Origin: an uncultured Methanosarcinales archaeon
GTDB lineage: Archaea; Nanobdellota; Nanobdellia; Woesearchaeales; CAZXZL01
Length of the DNA: 40,088 bases
NCBI GenBank assembly: GCA_964645415.1
Contig: CAZXZL010000004.1
Location: 1 to 40,088 of the forward strand
Direction of reading: 5' to 3'
A model generated the notes under the pieces. The model made no database searches, was not told the origin of the DNA, and saw only the letters and a program-made list of their open reading frames with translations. Position numbers and translations under genes: made by a program. Each line of letters starts with the position of its first letter. The stretch's first letter is position 1. This document shows, piece by piece, positions 19,167 to 29,051 of the stretch.

Positions 19167-19973
19167 ATGAAATTATCAGTTTTAAAATTAAATGGTAAAA
19201 AGGACAAAAGTATTGAATTGCCTGAACAATTTGATGAATATATAAGAGATGACTTAATTAAAAGAGCTTTTTTATCAATTCGTTCAAAAGAGAGACAACC
19301 TTATGGATCTAAAAGAGATGCTGGAAAAAGACATTCTGTTAGATTATCTCGTAAAAGAAATGCATATCGTGGAACTCCTGGAATAGGTATTGCAAGATCA
19401 CCACGAAAAATAATGATGAGGAGAGGATTAAGGATGCATTGGACTGGTGCTTTTGCTCCAAATACTGTTGGTGGTAGAAGAGCTCATCCTCCAAAACCTG
19501 AAAAAAATTGGGTTGAAGAAATTAATAAAAAAGAGAGAAGAAAAGCAATTCGATGTGCAATGTCTGCAACAATTGATGAAGATTTAGTTTCAAAAAGATA
19601 TAATATTCCTTCAAATTATCCTTTTATTTTATCTGATAAAATAGAATCTATCAAAAAGACTTCTGAACTAAAAGAAGCTCTTGAAAAATTAGGTTTTTCA
19701 GATGAATTAAAAAGAGCAAAAAAGAAAAAAATTCGTTCTGGAAAGGGTAAGATGAGAGCTAGAAAATATAAGAAAAAAAGAAGTATCTTAATTGTAACTA
19801 ATAGTAGTGATTCTAATTTACATATTGCTGCTAAAAATTTACCAGGTGTTACTGTAAAACCTGTTTCAAATTTAAATTCAAAAGTACTTGCTCCAGGTGG
19901 TTCTCCTGGAAGAGTTACATTATGGACTGAAAGTGCAATAAAAAAATTAAATGAAGAATCATTATTTATGTAG
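19167..19973 (+). CDS. rpl4: 50S ribosomal protein uL4
   Basis: GAFAPNTVGGRRAHPPK, RSGKGKMR, LAPGGSPGRVTLWTE; ATG after GGTGA SD. Confidence 0.97.
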   Translation: MKLSVLKLNGKKDKSIELPEQFDEYIRDDLIKRAFLSIRSKERQPYGSKRDAGKRHSVRLSRKRNAYRGTPGIGIARSPRKIMMRRGLRMHWTGAFAPNTVGGRRAHPPKPEKNWVEEINKKERRKAIRCAMSATIDEDLVSKRYNIPSNYPFILSDKIESIKKTSELKEALEKLGFSDELKRAKKKKIRSGKGKMRARKYKKKRSILIVTNSSDSNLHIAAKNLPGVTVKPVSNLNSKVLAPGGSPGRVTLWTESAIKKLNEESLFM

Positions 19974-19983
19974 GTGAAATAAA

Positions 19984-20241
19984 ATGAAAACAAATTCAAT
20001 AATAAGACCATTATCGACGGAAAAGTCCCTTAGATTGATGGAAGAGGAAAATAAATTAATTTTTGAAATTTCATTAAATTCATCAAAAAAAGATGTCAAA
20101 AAAGAACTTGAAGAACTTTATGATGTTAAGGTTGAAAAGGTTAATACAATGATTAATCCACACGCAAAGAAGATTGCTTTTGTGAGATTTGATGAAGAAT
20201 CTCCTGCAGTTGACTTAGCTTCAGAATTAAAATTACTATAG
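19984..20241 (+). CDS. rpl23: 50S ribosomal protein uL23
   Basis: PLSTEKS..ENKLIF..VEKVNT..KIAFVR. Confidence 0.95.
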   Translation: MKTNSIIRPLSTEKSLRLMEEENKLIFEISLNSSKKDVKKELEELYDVKVEKVNTMINPHAKKIAFVRFDEESPAVDLASELKLL

Positions 20242-20250
20242 GTGTTATAA

Positions 20251-20958
20251 ATGGGAAGATTGATTCAACAAAGAAGAGGAAAAGGTTCACCAACATACAA
20301 GTCGCCATCTTTTAAATATGCTGGTCGTGCGAAGTATGCTCAAGATTTTAATGAATTGGTAGAAGGAGAAGTTGTTGACTTAATTCATTCAAGAGGACAT
20401 AATGCTCCTTTAATGCAAATTGAATTAGAAAACGGTTATGAATTATTATTGATTGCTCCAGAAGGAATTAGTGTTGGAGAAAAAGTTCAATTTGGTAGTG
20501 GTGCAGATGTTGATGAAGGAAATGTTTTACCTTTAGGAGAAATTCCTGAAGGAACTAAAATATTCAATTTAGAACGAAGACACCAAGATGGTGGAAAATT
20601 TGTTCGATCTACAGGAAGTGTTGCAAGAGTAGTTGCTCAAATGGGTGATACTGTTGTTGTAAGATTACCTTCAAAAAAAGAAATTGAACTAAATCCTAAA
20701 TGTAGGGCAACTGTTGGAGTTGTTGCTGGTGGAGGTCGTGTTGAGAAGCCTTTCATGAAAGCAGGAAATAAATTTAAAGCAATGAAATCCAAAAACAACA
20801 AATATCCTAATGTTAGTGGAGTTTCAAAGAATGCTGTTGATCATCCTTATGGAGGATCCAGTTCAGATAAAGGTAAACCAACTATTGCTCCAAAGAATGC
20901 GCCACCTGGACGAAAAGTTGGTAAGAATCGTCCGAAAAGGACAGGTAAAAAACGATAA
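20251..20958 (+). CDS. rpl2: 50S ribosomal protein uL2
   Basis: QQRRGKGSPTY, DGGKFVRS, NAVDHPYGG, APPGRKVG. Confidence 0.97.
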   Translation: MGRLIQQRRGKGSPTYKSPSFKYAGRAKYAQDFNELVEGEVVDLIHSRGHNAPLMQIELENGYELLLIAPEGISVGEKVQFGSGADVDEGNVLPLGEIPEGTKIFNLERRHQDGGKFVRSTGSVARVVAQMGDTVVVRLPSKKEIELNPKCRATVGVVAGGGRVEKPFMKAGNKFKAMKSKNNKYPNVSGVSKNAVDHPYGGSSSDKGKPTIAPKNAPPGRKVGKNRPKRTGKKR

Positions 20959-20978
20959 AATAATTTAAGGTGTTAAAC

Positions 20979-21362
20979 ATGAAAAAAAAATCATTTTCAT
21001 ACATGGGTTATAGTATTGAAGATTTGAAAGATATGTCTTTAGAAGATTTTTCAGAGATAACAACTTCAGATGTTCGAAGAAAGATTAAGAGAGGGTTTAC
21101 AAAACAAGAAGAAAGTTTACTAGAAAAGATTAAATCTGGTAAAGATAATGTTAGAACTCATGCAAGAGGTATGGTTGTTCTTCCAATTATGGTTGGGAAG
21201 AAAATTCATGTATACAGTGGTAAAGAATTTAAACCTGTTGAGATCATTCCTGAAATGATTGGTCATAAATTAGGTGAATTCGTACTAACAAGAGGTTTTG
21301 TACAACATGGAATGCCTGGAATTGGATCATCACGTTCCACACTTCATGTTTCAATGAGATAA
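20979..21362 (+). CDS. rps19: 30S ribosomal protein uS19
   Basis: VRTHARGMVVLP, MIGHKLGEFVLTR. Confidence 0.96.
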   Translation: MKKKSFSYMGYSIEDLKDMSLEDFSEITTSDVRRKIKRGFTKQEESLLEKIKSGKDNVRTHARGMVVLPIMVGKKIHVYSGKEFKPVEIIPEMIGHKLGEFVLTRGFVQHGMPGIGSSRSTLHVSMR

Positions 21363-21374
21363 TGATGTGATAAT

Positions 21375-21833
21375 ATGGCTCATAATTACGTTACAAAATA
21401 TAAAGGAGATGCAGCAAAGGTCTTTGGAAGAAATCTTCCTATCTCTAGGAAGAAATCTTTTGAGATTGCCAACAAAATTAGAGGTAAAGATGTCCTTTGG
21501 GTAGAGAAGTACTTAGAAAGAGTAATTGATAAAAAAGAAGCAGTTCCTTATAAGAGGTATAATAGAGATACTCCTCATAGAAAAGGTAAAGGAATGTCTT
21601 CAGGAAGATATCCTGTTAAAACTTCAAAACATTTTTTATCATTATTATCTTCATTAAAATCTAATGCTGAAGATTTAGGTTTAGATTTAGAAAAACTTTA
21701 TCTTAAAGGAGTTGTAGTAAATAAAGGAACTAAAATGTTTCATTATGGGAGACATCGTGGTAGGAGGATGAAGAGGGCCCATGTTGAAATGGTTGCTGTT
21801 GAAAGAGAAAATAATTCAGATTCAAATAATTAA
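21375..21833 (+). CDS. rpl22: 50S ribosomal protein uL22
   Basis: LPISRKKSFEI, AVPYKRYN, GRYPVK, NAEDLGLD. Confidence 0.95.
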   Translation: MAHNYVTKYKGDAAKVFGRNLPISRKKSFEIANKIRGKDVLWVEKYLERVIDKKEAVPYKRYNRDTPHRKGKGMSSGRYPVKTSKHFLSLLSSLKSNAEDLGLDLEKLYLKGVVVNKGTKMFHYGRHRGRRMKRAHVEMVAVERENNSDSNN

Positions 21834-21848
21834 AATTAGGTGTTTCAT

Positions 21849-22956
21849 ATGATTGAGAGAAAATTCGTTAAACAAAAACTAAATAATTTTGAAATTAAGG
21901 AAGTAATCAGGGAGGAATTAAGAGGTACTGGACATAGTGCTACAAAAATTGAAAAAACTCCTCTTGGTGAAAAAATTACTATTTATTCTTCTAAACCTGG
22001 ATTAGTTGTAGGTAGGGGTGGAAAAAATATTAAGTCATTAACCCGTAAGTTAAAATCTGAATTTGATCTTGAAAATCCACAATTAGAAGTTTCAGAAGTT
22101 GTAAATCCTTATTTAGATGCAAAAGTAGTTTCAGAACAAATTGCTTCTAATTTTGAGAGGTTTGGAGCTGGAAGATTTAAAGGTGTTGTTCATAAATTAA
22201 TGGGTCGTGTCATGAATTCAGGAGCACTTGGTATTTCTATTAGAATTAGTGGAAAAGTACCATCTGCTAGATCTAGAAGTTGGTTATTTTCAAAGGGATA
22301 TATGAAAAAAAGTGGAAACTTTGCAAAAGAAAATGTAAGTAGTTCAATTTCAATTGCTAGATTAAGACCAGGTCTTGCTGGAATTAAAGTTAGTATTCTT
22401 CCAGATGTTAAATTACCTGATAGAGTTGATGTGAAAAAAGTAGAAGTTGAAAGTGATAAAACAGATAATGAAGATAAATCTGATAAAAAAGATGAAAAGT
22501 CAGATTCTAAAGATAAAAAGAAATCTAAAAAGAGTAAATCATCNNNNNNNNNNNNNNNNNNNNNNNNNNNNNNNNNNNNNNNNNNNNNNNNNNNNNNNNN
22601 NNNNNNNNNNNNNNNNNNNNNNNNNNNNNNNNNNNNNNNNNNNTAGTAAAAAATCCAGTAAAAAAGATAAATCTAGTAGTAAAAAAAAGAAATCAAAATC
22701 ATCCAAGAAAAAGAAATCTGATGATAAAAAAGAGAAATCTGATAAAAAAGATGAAAAGTCAGATTCTAAAGGTGAAAAGAAATCTAAAAAGAGTAAATCA
22801 TCTAGTAAAAAATCCAGTAAAAAAGATAAATCTAGTAGTAAAAAAAAGAAATCAAAAAGTAAAAAGTCTGATAAAAAAAGTAAAAAGAAGAAATCAAAAT
22901 CATCTAAGAAAAAGAAATCTGATGATAAAAAAGAGAAATCTAAAAAAAGTAAATGA
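21849..22956 (+). CDS. rps3: 30S ribosomal protein uS3 with long repetitive Lys/Ser/Asp C-terminal tail (spans assembly gap)
   Basis: MIERKFV, KTPLG..KPGLVVGRGG, ISGK; joining 22543 to 22644 restores the frame and the tandem unit sequence. Confidence 0.9.
22544..22643. other. Assembly gap (100 N placeholder) inside the uS3 tail repeat
   Basis: Exactly 100 N. Confidence 0.99.
22644..22857 (+). repeat. Tandem repeat of about 159 bp (53 aa) in the uS3 tail
   Basis: TAGTAAAAAATCCAGTAAAAAAGATAAATCTAGTAG at 22644 and 22803; about 22477-22543 matches about 22736-22802. Confidence 0.85.
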
Positions 22957-22979
22957 AATGATAATTTAAGGTGTTTATA

Positions 22980-23159
22980 ATGGAAAATAAATTAAATAAA
23001 AAAAATGATGATGAACTTAAAAATTACTTAGTTGATTTAAAAAAGAAGTTAATTCGTCAAAGAGTTGCTGCTTCTACTGGTGGTGACACAAAAGTTTCAT
23101 CAAAAATTAATAATACTAAAAAAGAAATTGCAAGAGTATTAACTAAATTAAATAATTAA
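22980..23159 (+). CDS. rpl29: 50S ribosomal protein uL29
   Basis: Position after uS3; L..LKKKL...KI...KKEIARVLT. Confidence 0.88.
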   Translation: MENKLNKKNDDELKNYLVDLKKKLIRQRVAASTGGDTKVSSKINNTKKEIARVLTKLNN

Positions 23160-23184
23160 TCTTTTACTTAAAAAATTAAAAAAA

Positions 23185-23516
<332 letters not shown>

Positions 23517-23519
23517 TTC

Positions 23520-23840
23520 ATGGATGAAAAAACAATCCTAAACAAAAGCTTTATTAAGACTAAAGCTTTTCAAAAAAAGGTTAATGAGATATTAACTTCT
23601 CCTTTAATAGGGGAAAAAGTTAGAGTTTCATGCTCTAATGAGAAGTTTATATCAGGAATAATTGTGTCTGAGACACAAAATTCATTCCTTATTTCAAAAG
23701 AGTATAATTCGAAAGATTTAAAAAAAGTGATTAAATTTGGAAAACAGGTGATTTTAATTCGTGGTTTAAAGTTACCCGTTAAAATTTTTAATGGGACTTT
23801 AAGAGATCGGATTTCAAAATCATATTATGTTCATAAATAA
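23520..23840 (+). CDS. rnp1: RNase P protein Rpp29/Pop4, divergent
   Basis: LIGEKVRV..SN...SGIIVSETQNSFLI motif; canonical position between SUI1 and uS17. Confidence 0.72.
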   Translation: MDEKTILNKSFIKTKAFQKKVNEILTSPLIGEKVRVSCSNEKFISGIIVSETQNSFLISKEYNSKDLKKVIKFGKQVILIRGLKLPVKIFNGTLRDRISKSYYVHK

Positions 23841-23851
23841 TTGGTGATTAT

Positions 23852-24148
23852 ATGGTAAGTAAATGTGATGATAAAAATTGTCCTAAACATGGAAAGATTA
23901 GGACTCATGGATTTAGTTTTATTGGTAAAGTTGTTTCAGCTAAAGCTAGGAAAACAATATCTGTAGAATGGACAAGAGTTGAAGATTCAGAGAAATACCA
24001 AAGAAAATATGAAGAAAGAAGTAGAGTTCAGGTTCATAACCCTGAATGTATTGAAGCAAAAAAAGGCGATTTAGTGAAAATTAAAGAAACACGTCCAATT
24101 AGTAAAACAAAGTCTTTTGTTGTAACTGAAGTATTAAATAAAGATTAG
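23852..24148 (+). CDS. rps17: 30S ribosomal protein uS17
   Basis: CDDKNCPKHG, GKVVS, ETRPISKTKSFVV. Confidence 0.96.
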   Translation: MVSKCDDKNCPKHGKIRTHGFSFIGKVVSAKARKTISVEWTRVEDSEKYQRKYEERSRVQVHNPECIEAKKGDLVKIKETRPISKTKSFVVTEVLNKD

Positions 24149-24156
24149 GTGATAAT

Positions 24157-24558
24157 ATGAAAGGTTTAGGTAGTAATGTTACAAAAGGATTACAAGTAGG
24201 AAGTGTTATTCCAGTATGTGATAATTCCGGTGCTAAAAAATTAAAAATTATTTCCGTTATTGGTTCAAAAACTAGAAAAAGTAGAGTCCCTAGTGCAGGA
24301 GTTGGTGATTTGGTAATGGGATCAGTTAAAAAAGGAAAACCAGATATGAAAAAACAAGTTGTTTATGCTGTAATTGTCAGGCAAAAAAAGGAATACCGAA
24401 GATTTGATGGATTAAGAGTTAAATTTGAAGATAATTCAGCAGTTATCCTTCGTGATGAACAAGGAAATCCTAAAGGTACTATGATGAAAGGACCTATCGC
24501 AAAAGAAGCTGCAGAAAGATGGTCTGCTGTTTCAAAAATTGCATCAATTATAATTTAA
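24157..24558 (+). CDS. rpl14: 50S ribosomal protein uL14
   Basis: CDNSGAK, AVIVRQKKEYRR, FEDNSAV. Confidence 0.97.
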   Translation: MKGLGSNVTKGLQVGSVIPVCDNSGAKKLKIISVIGSKTRKSRVPSAGVGDLVMGSVKKGKPDMKKQVVYAVIVRQKKEYRRFDGLRVKFEDNSAVILRDEQGNPKGTMMKGPIAKEAAERWSAVSKIASIII

Positions 24559-24568
24559 GGTGATTATT

Positions 24569-24946
24569 ATGTCAAAAAAATGGTCAAAAAGTTGGAAATC
24601 TAGTAAAAAACAAAATAAACAAAGGAAATATCGTTATAATGCTCCTTTACATATTAGACAAAAATTCATGAGAGCAAAATTATCTAAGGAGTTAAGAGAA
24701 AAATATGATGTTACTAGAGCAACTATTAGAGTAGGAGATAAAGTAAAATTAATGAGAGGTCAATTTAAAGGTTTTGAAGATGATGTTAAAAAAGTTGATT
24801 TAAAAAATGAGAAAATTTATTTAGAGAATTTAACAACTGAAGCTCAAGATGGAACTGATTCAGCTTTTCCTGTTCATCCTTCAAATGTCATGATTACAAA
24901 ACTTGATTTAAATGATGATCGTAGATTAAAAAGAAAAATAGATTAG
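24569..24946 (+). CDS. rpl24: 50S ribosomal protein uL24
   Basis: KQRKYRYNAPLH, GDKVKLMRG, HPSNVMITKL. Confidence 0.96.
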   Translation: MSKKWSKSWKSSKKQNKQRKYRYNAPLHIRQKFMRAKLSKELREKYDVTRATIRVGDKVKLMRGQFKGFEDDVKKVDLKNEKIYLENLTTEAQDGTDSAFPVHPSNVMITKLDLNDDRRLKRKID

Positions 24947-24956
24947 GTGTTATAAA

Positions 24957-25646
24957 ATGACTCATATTAAAAGATTTAATGTTAAAAAAACTTTGAATGT
25001 TTCAAAGAAAGAGTTACCTTGGATTACTAAATCTAAACCAGGTAAACCTTTTTTATTGTCTGTCTCTTTAGAGACTTTATTAAAAGAAGTTACTGATTTT
25101 GCAGATAATAAAAAAGAAGTATTATATTTACTTTCAAAAGGAATTTATGTCAATGGTAAAAGAGTAAAGAAAAGAAGATATCCTGTGGGTATTTTTGATG
25201 TTTTACATTTTGAAGGTAAAGAAGATGTTTATTATAGATTAGTATTAGATAATGGTGTTTTATCATTAAAAAATATTGATGAGAAAGAAAAAGATCTTAG
25301 AATCTTAAAAATCATATCTAAAAAATTAGTTTCCCGTAAAACCAAAAAAGGAAAAGAAGTTGGTTTTAATTATGGTTTAATTGATTCTTCAAATTACTTT
25401 ACAGAAGAATCTTTTTCAACAAAAGGTAGTTTTATTTATAATCATAAAAAGAATGAAGTTGAAGATTATCTTGAACTTGAAAAAGGAACAAAAGTTATGA
25501 TTATTTCAAAAAAACACATCGGAAAAGTAGGTATTATTGAAGAAATGTCTGATGATTTTGTTTTAGTTAAAGATGAAGATGAATTACTTAAAACAAAATC
25601 TAAAAATGTTTATGTTTTAGGAAAAGAAATTAAAATTACAATTTAA
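24957..25646 (+). CDS. rps4e: 30S ribosomal protein eS4, divergent
   Basis: HIKR, VNGKRVKKRRYPVGIFDV, KOW-like KHIGKVG; position between uL24 and uL5. Confidence 0.9.
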   Translation: MTHIKRFNVKKTLNVSKKELPWITKSKPGKPFLLSVSLETLLKEVTDFADNKKEVLYLLSKGIYVNGKRVKKRRYPVGIFDVLHFEGKEDVYYRLVLDNGVLSLKNIDEKEKDLRILKIISKKLVSRKTKKGKEVGFNYGLIDSSNYFTEESFSTKGSFIYNHKKNEVEDYLELEKGTKVMIISKKHIGKVGIIEEMSDDFVLVKDEDELLKTKSKNVYVLGKEIKITI

Positions 25647-25656
25647 GGTGAATATC

Positions 25657-26169
25657 ATGAGTAAAAATCCAATGAGGAATGTTGAAATTGAAAAAGTAGT
25701 ATTAAATATTAGTGTAGGGTCTGAAAGAGAAAAACTTGACTCTGCTGTAGGTCTACTTGAAAGAATTACAGATAGAAAACCAGTGAAAACAAAAACAAAT
25801 AAAAGAATACCTTCGTGGGGTGTTCGACCTGGTTTAGCTATAGGTTCTAAAGTAACTCTAAGAGGAAAGAAAGCTAAAGAATTATTGAATAGATTACTTC
25901 AAGCAAAAGATAATGAAATAACTGAAAAATCTATTAATGATAGAGGTTGTTTTTCTTTTGGAATTAATGAATATATTGACATTCCTGGTGTTAAATATGA
26001 TCCTAATATTGGAATTTTAGGTCTTCAAGTGTCTGTTAACTTAAAAAGACCAGGTTATAGAATTAAAGAAAGAAGAATAGGTAAAAGAAAAGTACCTAAA
26101 AAACATTTAGTCAATAAAGAAGATGCTATTGATTTTTTAAAAGAAGAATTTGATGTAAAGGTAATTTAA
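25657..26169 (+). CDS. rpl5: 50S ribosomal protein uL5
   Basis: NPMR..IEKVVLNI, IGSKVTLRG, YDPNIGILG. Confidence 0.97.
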   Translation: MSKNPMRNVEIEKVVLNISVGSEREKLDSAVGLLERITDRKPVKTKTNKRIPSWGVRPGLAIGSKVTLRGKKAKELLNRLLQAKDNEITEKSINDRGCFSFGINEYIDIPGVKYDPNIGILGLQVSVNLKRPGYRIKERRIGKRKVPKKHLVNKEDAIDFLKEEFDVKVI

Positions 26170-26179
26170 GGTGATATAA

Positions 26180-26410
26180 ATGACAGCTTCAAATCATAAA
26201 AAAATTTTAAATCAAATTGGTCACAAATCTGGAAAAGTAAAAAAATATAAAAAACACAACACAAAAAAAGATAGGTCATATGGTAGGACTGTTCATAAAT
26301 GCTCACGTTGTGGAAGAAGTAGAGGAGTTATTAAAAAGTATAATCTTAATCTTTGTAGACAATGTTTAAGAGAAGTACATAATGAAATAGGATTTATTCA
26401 ATATAGTTAA
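26180..26410 (+). CDS. rps14: 30S ribosomal protein uS14 (Zn-binding, N-extended)
   Basis: CSRCGR...KYNLNLCRQCLRE. Confidence 0.95.
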   Translation: MTASNHKKILNQIGHKSGKVKKYKKHNTKKDRSYGRTVHKCSRCGRSRGVIKKYNLNLCRQCLREVHNEIGFIQYS

Positions 26411-26425
26411 AGAGGTGCTAAGAAA

Positions 26426-26827
26426 ATGTCAAAAAATGATAATATTTCAAACTCATTATTGAAATTAAACAAATGTATTGAACTAGGTAGGAAAGAAGTA
26501 GAATTATATCCTGCATCATCACTTTTAGTTAATATTTTTGATTTATTAAAAGAAAAAGGATTTATAGGAAGTTATGATTTAGAAGAAACTTCAAGGGGAA
26601 ATAAGATTACTGTTAATTTAATAGGTAAAATTAACAAAATTAAATCTATTAAACCTCGTTTTCCAGTTTCATTAAATGGAGACAATGATTATGAATCTTT
26701 TGAAAGAAGATATTTACTTGCAAAAGATTTTGGATTATTATTAGTTTCAACAAGTAAGGGTTTAATGTCTCATATTGATGCTAAAGATAAAAATTTAGGT
26801 GGACGTTTAATCGCTTATTGTTATTAA
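26426..26827 (+). CDS. rps8: 30S ribosomal protein uS8
   Basis: GKINKIKSIKPRFPV, FGLLLVSTSKGLMSH, GGRLIAY. Confidence 0.96.
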   Translation: MSKNDNISNSLLKLNKCIELGRKEVELYPASSLLVNIFDLLKEKGFIGSYDLEETSRGNKITVNLIGKINKIKSIKPRFPVSLNGDNDYESFERRYLLAKDFGLLLVSTSKGLMSHIDAKDKNLGGRLIAYCY

Positions 26828-26841
26828 AAGGTGAAATTATT

Positions 26842-27378
26842 ATGAAAAATTCAATAAAAATTCCAGAGTATGCTGATGTTAAAGTAAAAGAAGGAAGTTT
26901 GGTAGTAGTTAATGGTCCAGAGGGAGAATATGAAAAAGAATTTTATCACCCTTTAATTAATATTGAGGTAAAAAAAGATAAAATTATAGTAGAGACAAAA
27001 AGTAAAAAGAAAAAAGTGACCTCTCAAATTAATACTATTACATCAAAGATTAAATCTTTAGTTGTTGGTGTAAAAGATCCTTTTGAGTATAAACTTAAAG
27101 TTTGTTCAAGTCACTTTCCTATGAATGTATCAGTAAAAGGGAATAAATTAGTGATAAAAAATTATACTGGTGAAAAAAAATCTCGTGAGATAAAATTATT
27201 TGATGGGATTGATGTTAATATAAATAATGATATTATTGTCTTAAAATCTCCAGATAAAGAATTAGCTGGAAACCAAGCTGGAATGATTGAAAGTAAGGTT
27301 CGAGTTTATGAAAAAGATAGAAGAAAGTTCCAGGATGGTATTTATATCATTGAAAAAGCTGGAAGAAAAATCGTTTAA
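26842..27378 (+). CDS. rpl6: 50S ribosomal protein uL6
   Basis: SHFPMNV, DRRKFQDGIYI. Confidence 0.96.
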   Translation: MKNSIKIPEYADVKVKEGSLVVVNGPEGEYEKEFYHPLINIEVKKDKIIVETKSKKKKVTSQINTITSKIKSLVVGVKDPFEYKLKVCSSHFPMNVSVKGNKLVIKNYTGEKKSREIKLFDGIDVNINNDIIVLKSPDKELAGNQAGMIESKVRVYEKDRRKFQDGIYIIEKAGRKIV

Positions 27379-27393
27379 TAAGAAAGGTGTTTA

Positions 27394-28026
27394 ATGATGA
27401 AACCTAACAAAGAAATAATTAAATATAGGAAAAGGATTCCTCGTTTCATTCGTGAATCAAGTTGGAAGGTAAAATCTTTAGATAAATCGTGGAGAAAACC
27501 TAAAGGTTTACATTCAAAAATGAGAGTTGGTAAAGGTGGTAAACCTAGTACTGTCAAGGTAGGTTATAGAATGCCTAATAAGTTTAGAGGTTTACATAAA
27601 AGTGGAAGAGAAATCAAAAAAGTCTCTTCAATTGATGAAATGAAAGAATTAAAACCAAAAGAAGTTATTGTTGAATTTCCTTCAAATTTAGGATTAAAGA
27701 AAAAATCTGAACTTGTTAAATTTGCTAAAGAAAATAATTATTATATTTTAAACATTAATCCTGATAAATATCTTTCAAAATTCGAAAGTTTCCTCGAAAA
27801 GAAGCAAAAGAAAAGAAAAGAAATTGAAAAAAGAAGAAAAGAACTTATTAAAGCAAAAAAAGAGGAAAAAAAATCTGATGACGATTCAAAATCATCTGAT
27901 GATGATAAAAAATCTAAAAAAGGTGATGATGACGACTCTGATGATTCAAGTGGTTCTCCTAAAAGAGTAAAAGAAAAATCTGAAGGAGAAAAAATTAAAG
28001 AAAAAGTAATAACAAAATCTAATTAA
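27394..28026 (+). CDS. rpl32e: 50S ribosomal protein eL32 with long charged C-terminal extension
   Basis: PRFIR, SWRKPKGLHSKMR, GYRMP..RGLH.SG; Lys/Asp/Ser-rich tail. Confidence 0.95.
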   Translation: MMKPNKEIIKYRKRIPRFIRESSWKVKSLDKSWRKPKGLHSKMRVGKGGKPSTVKVGYRMPNKFRGLHKSGREIKKVSSIDEMKELKPKEVIVEFPSNLGLKKKSELVKFAKENNYYILNINPDKYLSKFESFLEKKQKKRKEIEKRRKELIKAKKEEKKSDDDSKSSDDDKKSKKGDDDDSDDSSGSPKRVKEKSEGEKIKEKVITKSN

Positions 28027-28036
28027 GGTGATTATC

Positions 28037-28492
28037 ATGAATTTAAAAGTCCAAAAAAAGTTAGCAGCAAGGTATCTAGGAGTTTCACCAAAGAGAATTG
28101 TTTTTGATGAAGACTACTTAGATGAGATTAAAGAAACCGTAACAAGGAAAGGAATTGCTCATCTAGTAAAACAAGGAATTATTGTAAAAAAACAAAAAAG
28201 TGGGATTTCAAAAGCTAGAAATAGAAAGAGAAGAGCTCGTAAAAGAAAAGGTCGTGGAAGAGGCCATGGTAAAAGAAAAGGTAAAAAGACTGCTAGATTA
28301 AATAAAAAAAGAAATTGGATTAATAAAGTAAGAGTTCAAAGAAAGTTTTTGAAAAAACTTAAAAATAAAGAAATTATTTCAAAAGTTGTTTATAAAGATC
28401 TTTACGGAAAAGTTAAAGGTGGTTTTTTTAGATCAAAAAAACACATTAAAATTTATATCCGTGATCATGACTTATCAACTGATAAAAATTAA
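28037..28492 (+). CDS. rpl19e: 50S ribosomal protein eL19
   Basis: LKVQKKLAA, GRGRGHGKRKGKKTAR, KGGFF. Confidence 0.96.
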   Translation: MNLKVQKKLAARYLGVSPKRIVFDEDYLDEIKETVTRKGIAHLVKQGIIVKKQKSGISKARNRKRRARKRKGRGRGHGKRKGKKTARLNKKRNWINKVRVQRKFLKKLKNKEIISKVVYKDLYGKVKGGFFRSKKHIKIYIRDHDLSTDKN

Positions 28493-28503
28493 ATGTGATA
28501 AAT

Positions 28504-29040
28504 ATGGATTCAAGAAAAATATTATCTTTCAAAAGGAGAAGACTCGGATTGACTAATTATAAAAGGAGGTTATCTCTTTTAAAGTCAGGAAAGTTAAGAT
28601 TTGTAATTAGAAAAACAAATAAAAGGATTATTTGTCAAGCTGTTAAATATAACGTTAAAGGTGATGAGGTTCTTTTAACTGTAAGCTCAGATGAACTTGA
28701 TGAATTTAAGTGGAAACATTCATTTAATAATCTTCCTGCAAGTTATCTTGTTGGATTCCTTTTTGGTAAAAAAGCTCAAGAAAATGATTTAGATGATTTT
28801 GTAGTTGATTTTGGAAGACAAATTGTCACAAAAGGAAATAAATTATTTGCTGTTCTTAAAGGAGCTAGTGAAGCAGGAATTAATTTTCCATATTCAGATA
28901 ATAAATTTCCTGAAGAGAATAGAGTAAAAGGAAAACATATTGAAAATTATTATAAAGAAAATAAAGATAACTTCAGTACTGATGTTTCAAATATTTCAGA
29001 TGATTTTGAAAAAGTTCTGAAAAAATTAAAAAAGATTTAA
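28504..29040 (+). CDS. rpl18: 50S ribosomal protein uL18
   Basis: RRRLGLTNYKRRL.LLKSG..RFVIRKTN, NLPASYLVG. Confidence 0.96.
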   Translation: MDSRKILSFKRRRLGLTNYKRRLSLLKSGKLRFVIRKTNKRIICQAVKYNVKGDEVLLTVSSDELDEFKWKHSFNNLPASYLVGFLFGKKAQENDLDDFVVDFGRQIVTKGNKLFAVLKGASEAGINFPYSDNKFPEENRVKGKHIENYYKENKDNFSTDVSNISDDFEKVLKKLKKI

Positions 29041-29051
29041 GGTGATTTTTT

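Noticed and set aside
22447..22969. Apparent frameshift or separate ORFs at the end of rps3
   Set aside because: Caused by the 100-N placeholder; removing it restores one frame. The 22721 ORF is an alternative frame of the tail.
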